DNA of 64,000 nucleotides from the human T2T-CHM13v2.0 reference genome, Homo sapiens, in the NCBI RefSeq assembly GCF_009914755.1, contig NC_060936.1, one strand, 5' to 3'. Each line of letters begins with the position of its first letter. Position 1 is the stretch's first letter. The notes below the pieces were generated by a model. It was not told where the DNA came from and ran no database searches. It was given only the letters and a program-made list of their open reading frames with translations. This document shows, piece by piece, positions 12,148-29,005 of this stretch. A program made the translations under genes and the position numbers.

Positions 12148-14675
12148 TAATATGGTTTTTCTGCATCCCCACCCAAAATCTCATTTTGAATTGTAATCCC
12201 CATAAGCCCCATGTGTCAAGGAAGAGACAAGGCGTAGGCAGTTGGATCATGGGGGTGGTTTTCCCCATGCTGTTCTCATAATAATGAGTGAGTTTTCATG
12301 AGATCTGGTGGTTTTATAAGTGTTTGGTAGTTCCTCCTGTGTTCGTTCTCTTTCTTGCTGCCTTGTGAAGAAGGTGCCTTTCTTCCCGTTTGCCTTCCAC
12401 CATGATTGTAAGTTTCCTGAGGCCTCCCCAGCCATGCTGAACTGTGAGTCAATTAAACCCTTTTTCCTTTATAAATTACCCGGTCTAGGGCAGTTCTTTA
12501 TAGCGATATGAAAACAGACTAATACAGTAAATTGGTACTGGTAGATGGGGTGCTGCTATAAAGATACCCAGGCCTAACATGGTGGCTCATGCCTGTAATC
12601 CCAGCACTTTGGGAGTCTGAGGCAGGTGGATCATGAGGTCAGGAGTTCAAGACCAGCCTGGCCAAGATGGTGAAACCCCATCTCCACAAAAATACAAAAA
12701 TTAGCTGGGCGTGAAGGCGGGTGCCTGTAATCCCAGCTACTCAGGAGGCTGAGGCAGGGAATTGCTTGAACCCAGGAGGCAGATGTTGCAGTGAGCCAAG
12801 ATCACACCACTGCACTCCAACCTGGGTGACAGAGTGAGACTCTGTCTCAAAAAAAAAAAAAAAGATTCCCAAAAATGTGGAAGTGACTTTGGAACTGGGT
12901 AACAGGCAGAGATTGAAACAATTTTGAGGGCTCAGAAGATGGGAAGATGTGGGAAAGTTTGGAATTTCCTAGGGACTTATTGAATTGCTTTGACCAAAAT
13001 GCTGATAGTAATATGAGCAGTGAAGGCCAGGCTGAAGTAGTCTCAGATGAAGATGAGAATCTTCTTGGGAACTAGAGCAAAGCTGACTCTTGCTATGTTT
13101 TAGCAGAGACTGGTGGCATTTTGCCCCTGCCCTAGAGGTCTATGGAACTTTGAACTTGAGAGAGATGATTTAGGCAGAAGAAATTTCTAAGCAGCAAAGC
13201 ATTTAAGATGTAATCTGGGTGCTCTTAAAAGTGTTCAGTTTTATGCTTCACAAAGAGATGATTTGGAATTGGAACTTATGTTTGAAAGGAAAGCAGAGCA
13301 TAAAAGTTTAGAAAATTTACAGCCTGGCGATGCAATGGAAAAGAAAAACCCCTTTTCTTGGGAGAAATTCAAGCCAGCTGCAGAAATTTGCATAAGTAAT
13401 GAGGAACCAAATGTTAATCACCAAGACAATGGGGAAAATGTCTCCAAGGCATGTAAGTGGTCTTCATGGCAGCCCTGGAGGCATAGGAGGTAAAAATGGT
13501 TTCCTGGGCCAGGTCCAGGAACTTGCTGCTTTGTGCAGTCTCAGGACTTGGTGCCCTATGTCCCAGCTGTGGCTAAAATGGGCCAAGGTACAGCTCAGGC
13601 CATTCCTTCTGAGGGTACAAGCCCCAGTCCTTGGTGGTTGGACCTGTGGTGCACAGAAGTCAAGAAATGAGGTTTGGAAAGCTCTGCCTAGATTTCAGAG
13701 GATGTATGGAAACACCTGGATGTCCAGGCAGAAGTTTGCTGCAGGGTCAGAGCCCTTATGGAGAACCATTGCTAGGGTAGTGCAGAAGGAAAATGTGAGG
13801 TCAGAGCCCCCACTGGGGCATTGCCTAGTGGAGCTGTGAGAAGAGGGCCACCATCCCCCAGACCACAGAATGGTAGATCCACTAACAGCTTGCACCATGC
13901 ACCTGGAAAAGCAGCAGACACTCAATGCCAGCCCATGAAAGCAGCCATACCCTGCAAAGCTACAGGGGTGAGCAGCCCAAGGCTATGGGAGCCCAACTCT
14001 TGCATCAGCAGCACCTGGATGTGAGATATGGAGTTAAAGATTATTTCAGAGCTTTAAGATTTGACTGATCCACTGGATTTAGGATTTGCACAGGGCCTAT
14101 AGCCCCTTCTTTTTGGCCAATTTGGAATGGGTGTATTTGCCCATTTCATGTACCCCCATTATATCTAGGAAGTAACTAACTTTGGACTTGGACTCTTGGG
14201 TTAATGCTGGAATGAGTTAAGACATTGAGGGGCTGTTGGAAGGGCATGATTATGTTTTGAAAGTGAGGACATAAGATTTGGGAGGGGCCAGGGCGAAATG
14301 ATACAGTTTGGCTGTTTCCTTACCCAAAATCTTATCTTGAATTGTATTCCCCAAAATCTCCACGTGTCAAGGGAAAGACCAGGTGGAGGCAATTGGATCA
14401 TGATGGGGTTTCCCCCATGTTGTTCTCATGATAGTGATTGAATTCTCTTGAGATCTGATGGTATTATAAGTGTTTTGTAGTTCCTCCTGAGTTCATTCTC
14501 CTTCCTGCCACCTTGTGAATAAGGTGCTTTGCTTCCCCCTCACCTTCTGCCACGATCATAAGTTTTCTGAGGCCTCCCCAGCCATCCTGAACTGTGAGTC
14601 AATTAAGCCTCTTTTCTTTATAAATTATCCAGTCTCAGGCAGTTCTTTATAGCAGTATGAAAATGAACTAATACA
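12148..14675 (+). mobile_element. Complete MaLR provirus, THE1D-like (LTR 12148-12526, internal, LTR 14299-14675)
   Basis: Two ~378 bp direct LTRs T(A/G)ATA...CTAATACA; internal starts GTAAATTGGTAC; MaLR ORF remnant 13263..13493. Confidence 0.9.
12571..12862 (+). mobile_element. AluS inside THE1 internal region
   Basis: Dimeric Alu with A tail; TSD AAAGATACCC/AAAGATTCCC. Confidence 0.92.
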
Positions 14676-14956
14676 GCGCACTTCAATAAAATACAGAGAA
14701 ACAATTCAGAAATCTATTAGAGAAATGCAACAGATATGAAATAATGGGAAAAAAGCCAGAAATGCTGGAGCTGAAAAATACAATGAAAAAAATTAAAAAT
14801 GCAATGGAGACATCAATAGCAGAATTTATCAAACAGAAGAAAAAAATATGTGAACTTGAAAACAGGTTACTTGCAAACTTATGATATGAAGAAAGAATGA
14901 AAAGGAATGAAGAAAGCTTATGGGACTTATGGAATAGCATCAAAAGAGCAAATGTC

Positions 14957-15267
14957 GCCTGGACATGGTGGCTCATGCCTGTAATCCCATCACTTCGGGA
15001 GGCTGAGGTGGGTGGATAATGTGAGGTCAGGAGTTCAAGACCAGCCTGACCAACCTGGTGAAACCCTGTCTCTACTAAAAATACAAAATTAGCCCAGCGT
15101 GGTGGTGTGTGCCTGTACTCTCAGCTATTTGGGATGCTGAGGCAGGGCAGGAGAATTGCTTGAATCCAGGAAGCGGAGGTTGCAGTGAGCTAAGATCACA
15201 CCATTGCACTCCAGCCTGGGTGACAAGAGTGAGACTCCAGCTCCAAAAAAAAAAAAAAAAAAAAAAA
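14957..15267 (+). mobile_element. AluS
   Basis: Full dimer with long poly-A tail. Confidence 0.92.
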
Positions 15268-15884
15268 GGAAATATATGAGTTGTTGGTATTCAAGAAGGA
15301 GTTAAGAAAGATAAAGATTTATAAAGCTTATTTAAATAAATCATAGCAGAAACATTTCAAAATCTGGAGACATATAACTATCTAGGTACAGGAAGGTCAA
15401 AAGTCTTCAATCATACTCAATCCAAATAAGACTACCCGATGATATATTACAATCAAACTGCCAAAAACCAAAGACAAAGAGAGAAACCTGAAAGCAAGAA
15501 AAAAAAATAACACATAAGGGAGTTCTAATATGACTGTTACCAGCTTTTTCAGCAGAAACCTCACAGGCCAGGAGAGAATGGAATTACATATTCAACGTGC
15601 TGAAGGGAAAAAACCTTTCAGCCAAGAATTCTGTTCTTAGCAAAATTGTCCTTTGGAAATGAAAGAGATAGACTTTCCCACACAAACTAAGCTGAGGGGC
15701 TTTATCACCACCAGATATGTCTTATAAGGAGTACTAAAGGGAGTTCTTCACATTGAAAGAAATGATGCTAATGGGTAATAAGAAAACATTAGAAAGTATA
15801 AAACTCACTGGTAAAAGCAAGTAAACAGTCAAATTCAGAATACTCAAATAATATAAAGGGGTTATGTAAATCACTTATTTCTTT

Positions 15885-16314
15885 TTTTTATTATACTTTA
15901 AGTTCTAGGGTACATGTGCACAATGTGCAGGTTTGTTACATACGTATACGTGTGCCATGTTGGTGTGCTGCACCCATTAACTCATCATTTACATTAGGTA
16001 TATCTCCTAATGCTATCTCTCCCTGCTGCCCCCACCCCACAACAGGCCCCGGTGTGTGATGTTCCCCTTCCTGTGTCCAAGTGTTCTCATTGTTCACTTC
16101 CCACCTATGAGTGAGAACATGTGGTGTTTGGTTTTTTGTCCTTGTGATAGTTTGCTGAGAATGATGGTTTCCAGCTTCATCCATGTCCCTACAAAGGACA
16201 TGAACTCATCCTTTTTTATGGCTGCATAGTATTCCATGGTGTATATGTGCCACATTTTCTTAATCCAGTCTATCATTGATGGACATTTGGGTTGGTTCCA
16301 AGTCTTTGCTATTG
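15885..16314 (-). mobile_element. 5'-truncated L1PA (L1PA4/5-like) 3' fragment
   Basis: Primate L1 ORF2 end plus 3'UTR; exact 19-bp TSD GTAAATCACTTATTTCTTT at 15866-15884 and 16315-16333. Confidence 0.93.
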
Positions 16315-16978
16315 GTAAATCACTTATTTCTTTAGTATGAAGACAAAAAGACAAAACTATTAAAAATTATAACCATTAAAATAATTTGTTAAAGTATATA
16401 CAATATAAAAAGATGTAAATTGTGACACTAAAAATTCAAAATGGGGAGATGAAGGGTAAAGGTTGTGTTTTTTTGCAATTTGTATATACTTTAACAACTA
16501 AAATAATCTGTTAACATATATACAATATAAAAAGATGTAAATTGTGATATTAAAAATTCAAAATGGGGAGATAAAGGGTAAAGATTGTGCCTTTTTTGCA
16601 ATTAAATTAAAGTTGTTATGAACTTAAAATAACATGTTATAAGATGTTTTTATAAGCCTCATGGTAACCATGAAGCAAAAACATATAATAGGTACAAAAA
16701 TAACATGTTTAACTATAAGATGTTTTTGGTAAGCCTCATGGTAACTACAGAGCAAAAATCTGTAGTAGACGCACTAAAAATAAAAAGCAAGGAATCAAAG
16801 CATATTACTAAAGAAAATCACTTACCCACAAAGAAAGACTGTGAGAAGAAAAAAGGAAGAAAATATCTACAAAACAACTAGAAAGCAATTAACAAAATGA
16901 CAGGAGTAATTCCTTACCTATTAATAATTACCTTGAATATTAATGGATTAAGTTCTCCAATTAAAACACATAGTTTCT

Positions 16979-17275
16979 GGGCCAGGTGCAGTGGCTCACG
17001 TCTGTAATCTCAGTGCTTTTGGAGGCTGAGGTGGGCAGATCACTTGAGGTCAGGAGTTTGAGACCAGCCTGGCCAACATGGTGAAACCCCGTCTCTACTA
17101 AAAAAAAAAATAGCTGGGTTTTGTGGTGGACCCCTGTAATCCTAGCTACTAAGGAGGCTGAGGCAGGAGAATCACTTGAACCTGGAAGCAGAGGTTGCAG
17201 TGAGCTGAGATCACACCACTGCACTCCAGCCTGGGCTTCAAAGCAAGACTCTGTCTCAAAAAAAAAAAAAAAAAA
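16979..17275 (+). mobile_element. AluS
   Basis: Full dimer with poly-A tail. Confidence 0.92.
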
Positions 17276-19109
17276 GACAGTGTCTGGATTAAAAAGCAAG
17301 ACCCAACTGTGCGCTGCTTACAGGAGACTCACTTCATCTGCAAGGACAATATAGACTAAAAGTGAAGGAATGCAAAAGATATTTTATCCAAATGAAAACT
17401 AAAAGGCATCAGGAGTAGCTATACTAATGTCAGGTAAAATAGACTTTAAGTGAAAGCTATAAAAGAGGCCAAGAATGTTATTATATAATAATAAACAGGT
17501 CAATTCAGCAAGAAGATATGATAATTCTGAATATATTTGAACCCAACATCAGAGCACATATATAAATCAAATACTCCTAGATCTGAAAGAAGTGAACTAC
17601 AATACGAGTAGGAGACTTCAACACCCTACTTTCAGCAATTAGATCATCCAGACAGAAAATCAAGAAAGAAACACCAGATTTAAGCTATATTCTAAACCAA
17701 ATGGATCTAACAAACATTTATAGAAAATTTCATCAAAAAGCTTCAGAATATACATTCTTCTCAACTACACATGGAACATTCTCCAGGATAGATCACATGT
17801 AATGCCATAAAACAAGTCTTCAAAAATTTAAGAAGATTGAAATTATATCAAGTGTCTTTTCTCTCTTGAATGATATAAACCTAGAAATCAATAAACAGGA
17901 AGAACTTTGGAAACTTACAAATACATAGAAATTAAACAACATGATATTGGTTAACCAATGGGTCAATAAAGAAATTAAAAGAAAAATTTTAAAAATTTTC
18001 TTCTGAAAACAAAAATGGAAACACAACATACCAAATCTGTAGAATACAGCAAAAGCAATTTAAACAGGAAAATTTATAGCAACAAATACCTGCATCAAAA
18101 TAGATTAAAAATGTCAAATAAACAACCTAATATTGTAGGTCAAGGAACTGGAAAACAAGAACAAATCCAAACCAAAACTAGTAAAAGAAAGGAAATAATA
18201 TACATCAGAGTGGAAACAAATAAAATAGAGCCTGGAAAAACAACATAAAATATCAGCAAAAATGAATAATTGATTTTTTCAAAGATAACCAAATTTGACA
18301 AATGTTTATCTAGAATAAGAAAAAAGAAAGAAGATTCAAATAAATAAATTCAGAGATTAAAAAAGAGAAATTATAATTAATACTACAGAAATACAAAGAA
18401 TGATGAGACTGTTGTAAACAATTATAAACCAACAAATTGATTAACCTAGAAGAAACGAATAAATTTTGAACACATACAACCTACAAAGATTGAACTATGA
18501 AGAAACAGAAAATGTCAACAGACAAATAACAAATAAGGAAATGGAATCACATCAAGAAAGTCCCAGAATCTGATGGCTTAACTACCAAATTCTACCAAAT
18601 ATTTAAAGAACTAATATTAGTTCTCAAACTATTCCAAAAATTGAAGAGGAAGGAATACATCCAAACTTATTCTACAAGGCCAGCATTACCCTGATACTGA
18701 AACCAAACAAAAAGACAACAACAAGAAAAAGAAAACTACAGGCCAATATCCCTGATGAACATAGGTGCAAAAATCATCAACAAAATACCAGCAAACTGAA
18801 TTCAACAGCACTTTAAAAAGGTCATTCACCATGATCACGTGGAATTCATCCTGGAGATGCAAGAAAGGTTGAACATATGCAAAGCAATAAATGTGGTACA
18901 TAACATTAACAAAATGAAGGACAAAAAATATGATTATCTTAATTGACACAGAACAAGCATTTGATAAAATTGAACATCCTTTTATGCTAAAAACACTCAA
19001 CAAACTAAGCATAGGAGGAACATAGCTCAACAAAATAAAGACCATATGTGACAAGCCCACAGCTAACATCTATACTGAAAAGGGAAAAGTTTAAAACTTT
19101 CCCTCTGCA

Positions 19110-19279
19110 ACCAGGCATGGTGGCTCATGCCTGTAAATCTTAGTACTTCGGGAGGCCAAGGTGGGAGGATCACTTGATCCTAGGGGTTTTTTGGTTGCAG
19201 TGAGATATGATCACACCTCTGCAGTCCAGCCTGGGTGACAGAGTGAGACCCTGACTCTAAACAAACAAACAAACAAAAA
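19110..19279 (+). mobile_element. Monomeric Alu (FRAM/AluJ-like) with (AAAC)n tail
   Basis: Single ~150 bp arm ending GAGACCCTGACTCT AAACAAACAAAC. Confidence 0.75.
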
Positions 19280-19709
19280 TAACATGTTTTCTGTAAGATA
19301 CGGAACAAGGTAAGAATAAGAACGCTCACTTTTGCCACTTACATTCAGTGTACTACTGAAAGTCCTACCCAGAGCAATTAGGCAAGAAAAAGAAATAAAA
19401 GGCATCTGAATTTGAAAGGAAAAAGATAAATAAAGGAAAAAGTTAAATAAAGGAAAAAGATAAATTGTTCCTGGCTGCAGATAACATGTTCTTTTTTCTT
19501 TTTAATTATACTTTAAGTTTTAGGGTACATGTCCACAACATGCAGGTTAGTTACATATGTATACATGTGCCATGTTGGTGTGCTGCACCCATTAACTCAT
19601 CATTTAACATTAGTTATATCTCCTAATGCTATCCCTCCACCCTCCCCTCACCTCACAACAGGCCCCTGTGTGTGATATTCCCCTTCCTGTGTCTATGTAT
19701 TCTCATTGT

Positions 19710-23537
<3,828 letters not shown>

Positions 23538-23600
23538 TATGATGTTAGCTGATTATTTTGCTCATTAGTTGATGCAATTTCTTCCTAGTCTGCATGGTCT

Positions 23601-24618
23601 TTACAATTAGGCATCCTTTTGCAGTGGCTGGTACCGGTTGTTCCTTTCCATGTTTAGTGCTTCCTTCAGGAGCTCTTTTAGGGCAGGCCTAGTGGTGACA
23701 AAATCTCTCAGCATTTGCTTGTCTGTAAAGGATTTGATTTCTCCTTCACTTATGAAGCTTAGTTTGGCTGGATATGAAATTCTGGGTTGAAAATTCTTTT
23801 CTTTAAGAATGTTGAATATTGGCCCCCACTCTCTTCTGGCTTGTAGAGTTTCTGCTGATAGATCAGCTGTTAGTCTGATGGGCTTCCCTTTGTGGGTAAC
23901 CCCACCTTTCTCTCTGGCTGCCCTTAACATTTTTTCCTTCATTTCAACTTTGGTGAATCTGACAATTATGTGTCTTGGAGTTGCTCTTCTTGAGGAGTAT
24001 CTTTGTGGCATTCTCTGTATTTCGTGAATTTGAATGTTGGCCTGCCTTGCTAGATTGGGGAAGTTCTCCTGGATAATATCCTGCAGAGTGTTTTCCAACT
24101 TGATTCCATTCTCCCCGTCACTTTCAGGTACACCAATCAGATGTAGATTTGGTCTTTTCACATAGTCCCATATTTCTTGGAGGCTTTGTTCATTTCTGTT
24201 TATTCCTTTTTCTCTAAACTTCTCTTCTCACTTCATTTCATTCATTTGATCTTCCATCACTGATACCCTTTCTTCCAGTTGATTGAATCGGCTACTGAGG
24301 CTTGTGCATTCACCATGTTCGTTCTCGTGCCATGGTTTTCAGCTCCCTCAGGTCCTTTAAGGACTTCTCTGCATTGGTTTTTCTAGCTAGCCATTCGTCT
24401 AATTTTTTTTCAAGGTTTTTAACTTGTTTTCCATGGGTTCGAACTCCCTCCTTTAGCTCGGAGTAGTTTGATCATCTGAAGCCTTCTTCTCTGAACTCGT
24501 CAAAGTCATTTTCCATCCAGCTTTGTTCCGTTGCTGGTGAGGAGCTGCGTTCCTTTGGAGGAGGAGAGGTGCTCTGATTTTTAGAGTTTCCAGTTTTTCT
24601 GCTCTGTTTTTTCCCCAT
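23601..24618 (-). pseudogene. L1 ORF1p, disrupted
   Basis: ATG GGG AAA AAA at 24618; split across ORFs 24472..24684 and 23607..24161. Confidence 0.9.
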
Positions 24619-27600
24619 CTTTCTGGTTTTATCTATCTTTGGTCTTTGATGATGGTGATTTACAGATGGGGTTTTGGTGTTCATGTCCTTTCTGTTTGTT
24701 AGTTTTCCTGCTAACAGTCAGGACCCTCAACTGCAGGTCTGTTGGAGTTTGCTAGAGGTCCACTCCAGACCCTGTTTGTCTGGGTATCAGCTGTGGAGGC
24801 TGCAGAACAGCAAATATTCCTGAACAGCCAATGTTGCTGCCTGTTCATTCCTCTGGAATTTTTTTCTCAGAGGAGTACCCAGCTGTGTGTGGTGTAAGTC
24901 TGCCCCTACTTGGGGGTGCATCCCAGTTAGGCTACTTGGGTGTCAGGGACCCACTTGAGGAGGCAGTCTGTCCGTTCTCAGATCTCCAGCTGTGTGCTGT
25001 GAGAACCACTGCTCTCTTCAAAGTTGTCAGACAGGGACATTTAAGTCTGCAGAGTATTCTGCTGCCTTTTGTTTGTCTATGCCCTACCCCCAGAGGTTGA
25101 GTCTACAGATCCAAGCAGGCCTCCTTGAGCTGTGGTGGGCTCCACCCAGTTGGAGCTTCCCTGCCGCTTTGTTTACCTACTGAAGCCTTGGCAATGGCGG
25201 GCACCCCTCCCCAGCCTTGCTGCCGTCTTGCAGTTTGATCTCAGACTGCTGTGCTAGCAATGAGCAAGGCTCCGTGGGCATCGTACCCTCCGAGCCAGGC
25301 ACGGGATATAATATCCTGGTGTGCCGTTTGCTAGGACTGTTGGAAAAGCGCAGTATTAGGGTGGGAGTGACCCGATTTTCCAGGTGCCGTCTGTCAACCC
25401 TTACTTTGAGTAGGAAAGGGAATTCCCTGACCCCTTGTGCATCCTGGGTGAGGCGATGCCTCGCCCTGCTTCGCCTCACGCTCGGTGGTCTGCACCCACT
25501 GTCCTGCACCCGCTTTCTGACACTCCCCAGTGAGATGAACCCGGTACCTCAGTTGGAAATGCAAAAAACACCTGTCTTCTGCATCGCTGATGCTGGGAGT
25601 TGTAGACTGGAGCTGTTCCTATTCAGCCCTCTTGGCTCCACTCCCCCAGATAACATGTTCTTATCCTTCATTTTGTTAATGTTATGTACCACATTTATAT
25701 ATAGAAAGTACTAAAGACTCCATCAGAAAACATTAGATTTATAAATGAATTCAGGAAAGTTGCAAGATACAAAATCAGTATGTAAAAATCAGTAGCATTT
25801 CTCTACACTGACAGCAAATTATGTGAAAAAAATCAAGGAAACAATCCCATTTTCAATAGCTAGAAAAAGTTAAACACTTAGGCATAAATATAAGCAAGGA
25901 GGTGTAAGGTCTCTACAATGAAACTATAAAACATTAATGTAAGGAATCGAAGAAGACACACATACACAAATAAAATGATATCTCATGTTTATGAATTGGA
26001 AGAATTAATATTGTTAAAATGTCAATACTACCCGAAGTGATCTACATATTCAATTCAATCCCTATGGAAATGCCAATGATAGTCTTCAGAGAAATAGAAA
26101 AAAAATTCTAAAATTTGTGTGCAACTGCAAAACACCCAAAATAGTGAAAAAATTCTTGAGCATAAAGTACAAAGCTGGAGCCATCACACTACCTGGTGTC
26201 AAAATATACTACCAAACTGTAGCAACCCAAACAGCATTGTACTGACACAAAAACAGACACACAGACTTAAGGAATAGAATAGAGAACCCAGAAATAAATC
26301 CTTGTATTTATAGTCAACTGATTTTCAACAAAGTTGCCAAGAACACACTATTGGGAAAGGGCAGTATCCTCAATAAATTGTGGGAAACTGTATATCCACA
26401 GGTAGAAGAATGAAATTTGACCCTTATTGCTCACCATATGCAAAAACAAACTCAAAATGGATTAAAGACTTCAATGCAAGACCTGAAATTATTAGAATAC
26501 ATAGGGCAAAAATTTCATGACAATGAAATTTGGATATAAATTTGAAATGACAATGAAATTTGGGCAACGAGTTTTGGATATGACCTCAAGAGCATAGGCA
26601 ACAAAAGTAAAAATAGACAAATGGGATTACATCAAACTCAAAAGCTTCTGTGCAACAAAGAAAACAATCAACAGAATGAAGAGATACCTATCAAATTGGA
26701 GAAAATATTTGGAAACTATATATCTGATAACAGCCAACATATATAAGAAATTCAAACAACTAAATAGCAAGAAAATGAATAACCTGATTACAAAATGGAC
26801 AGAAGATCTGAATGAACATTTCTCAAAAGAAGATACACACAAATGACAAACAGGCATATCAAAAAATGCTCAACAACACTAATCATTAGGTAAATTCAAA
26901 TCACCTCACTCTTGTCAGAATGGCTATTAAGAAAATGACAGAAAGTGTTGGTGAGGATGTGGAAAAAAGGGAACTCTTACACACCTTTGGTGGGAATATA
27001 AATTAGTATAGCCATCATGGAAAACAGTAAGGAGGTTCCTCAAAATGTTAAAAATAGAACTACAAAATGATCCAGCAATCCCCCACTGGGAATATATGCA
27101 AAGGAAATGATCTCAGTATGTCAAAGAGATAACTGCACTCCCATGTTTATTTCAGCACTATTTTTACAGCCAACATATGGAATCAACCCTAGTGTCCATC
27201 AATGGATGAAAAGATAAAGAATGTTATATATATACATGATGGAATACTACTCCACTGTAAAAAAGAATAAAATCCCGCCACTTACAAAAACATGGAAGAA
27301 CCTGGAGGACATTATAGTAAGTGAAATAAGCTAGACACAGAAAGACAAATACCACATGATCTCACTCATACATGGTCATTCATATATTGGGCAAACACCA
27401 CCTTCGATGTATAATGATGGTTTGGCTCATCACTCTGGTCTTACAACATTATTTGATTTCTACATGGGAGGAACCAACTGTGTAGGCGTTTCATACCCTG
27501 AGATTCAAAGGCATGTTCTATATTACAAGCTGAGATAATATTTCAGGGTTTATCTATTTTAACTGAAACTCATTTGAGATAATCTTTAAACTTCCTTCAC

Positions 27601-28849
27601 AAATAGGAAAAAGCTTAGGAAAGTGATGGTTATACAGCTATAATTCTATCCAGGAATCAGAAATTTTAATAAGCTTCTATAAATTTTTACTTCTTCAGAC
27701 TCTAGTATTGATTTTAATCTTTACAATCAACAATTACTCATTTGTTGTTATGGGAAAAATATGACACATCTTTCCCCACTTCTGAAATCTATTCAGGGAA
27801 AATGAAATTTTTATTTTCCCTGAGAGAAAGAATAATCAGAAATGACAACCTGAAATGGCAAAGCTAAATAAAAAAATCAGAACTAACATGTTGTTTTGTT
27901 TTGTGGAGAAATGTACTTGGGTAGCTGCAATTAAAAATGTGTTTCTTGTCAAAAGGCATAGCCTTACAGATTTTGTTATTTACTTAAAAAGAATATTTGT
28001 TCCCTCAATTGAGGAAACAATGGCTATATATGCTTTCAATGCCTCCTAAGGCTACTTGAGTAAGGAATTGAATGGCAGGATAGCATAATAAATCCATTAA
28101 CACAGGTCAGAAAAACTCCAAGCCTAATATGTCCCAACATGTGATTAATTTGGGAGAAAGTCTGGAAATCAAGGTTCATACCAAAAAGGGCTCAAGAGTA
28201 CTGGCCTAGCTCTGTGTTGTCCTTGATTCAGAGGATTTACAGGCAAATGTCATTATTGTCTTAAAGATCTAGGTCCTGTTGGTCTTCTTCAGGATAAAAG
28301 TCAGAGGAAGCATATTCATTGGCATGGATCCTAACTCATGCTGGACTAGATCCAGAAAGTATATTTTTTAAAAATTCTGAAAAATCTGAAGGTTTAAACT
28401 GAGTGTGAAAATAGATTATCTTTTCAATATAAATGAAACTCAGAGTCAAAGAATTTTGAACAATAAAAGCCTGATTGGATGAATACTGTTTGCTAACAAT
28501 TTTAATGTAAACATTCTTTATAAGGTCAAAGGTCTAGAAGGGCTTCAAGGATTAATTCCAATAATGCTTGCTACTAGGCTAGATTTGAAGCCATGTACAT
28601 CATGACAACTTTGGCATGAAATCTGATCAGCCACCTGCCACAGAATGCTGCAGCCAGAAAGAGAGAGAGGAGGAATCCTGTGCAGTCCTTTAGAAAACAG
28701 GAGGCCAAAGCATATATAGAGACAGTTATAGTTACTAAGAAGTCAAAAGAAAAAATTTTCATTGATTAAATAGAAATGCAAAAGTAGAGAATGTAGTATT
28801 TATGGTTAATGCATGAGATACACTTTGAGTTCCTTATAATGAGAGCCGT

Positions 28850-29005
28850 GTGCTGTAGTACAGAGTATGTGATCATGGAAGTATCTCACTTTTCTAGTTC
28901 TCAGTTTCTTCATCTGTAAAATAGGAAGATTAGATTTCCTAAATTCCACAGGGTTGTTGTGAGGCTTAAATAAGATGTACCTGGAACAGAATAAGTGCTC
29001 AACTA
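28850..29005 (+). mobile_element. MIR fragment
   Basis: CTCAGTTTCTTCATCTGTAAAATAGG...GGGTTGTTGTGAGG...TAAGTGCTCAA. Confidence 0.7.

Noticed and set aside
13263-14024. Cluster of overlapping ORFs up to 146 aa
   Set aside because: Remnants of the THE1/MaLR internal region, not a host gene.
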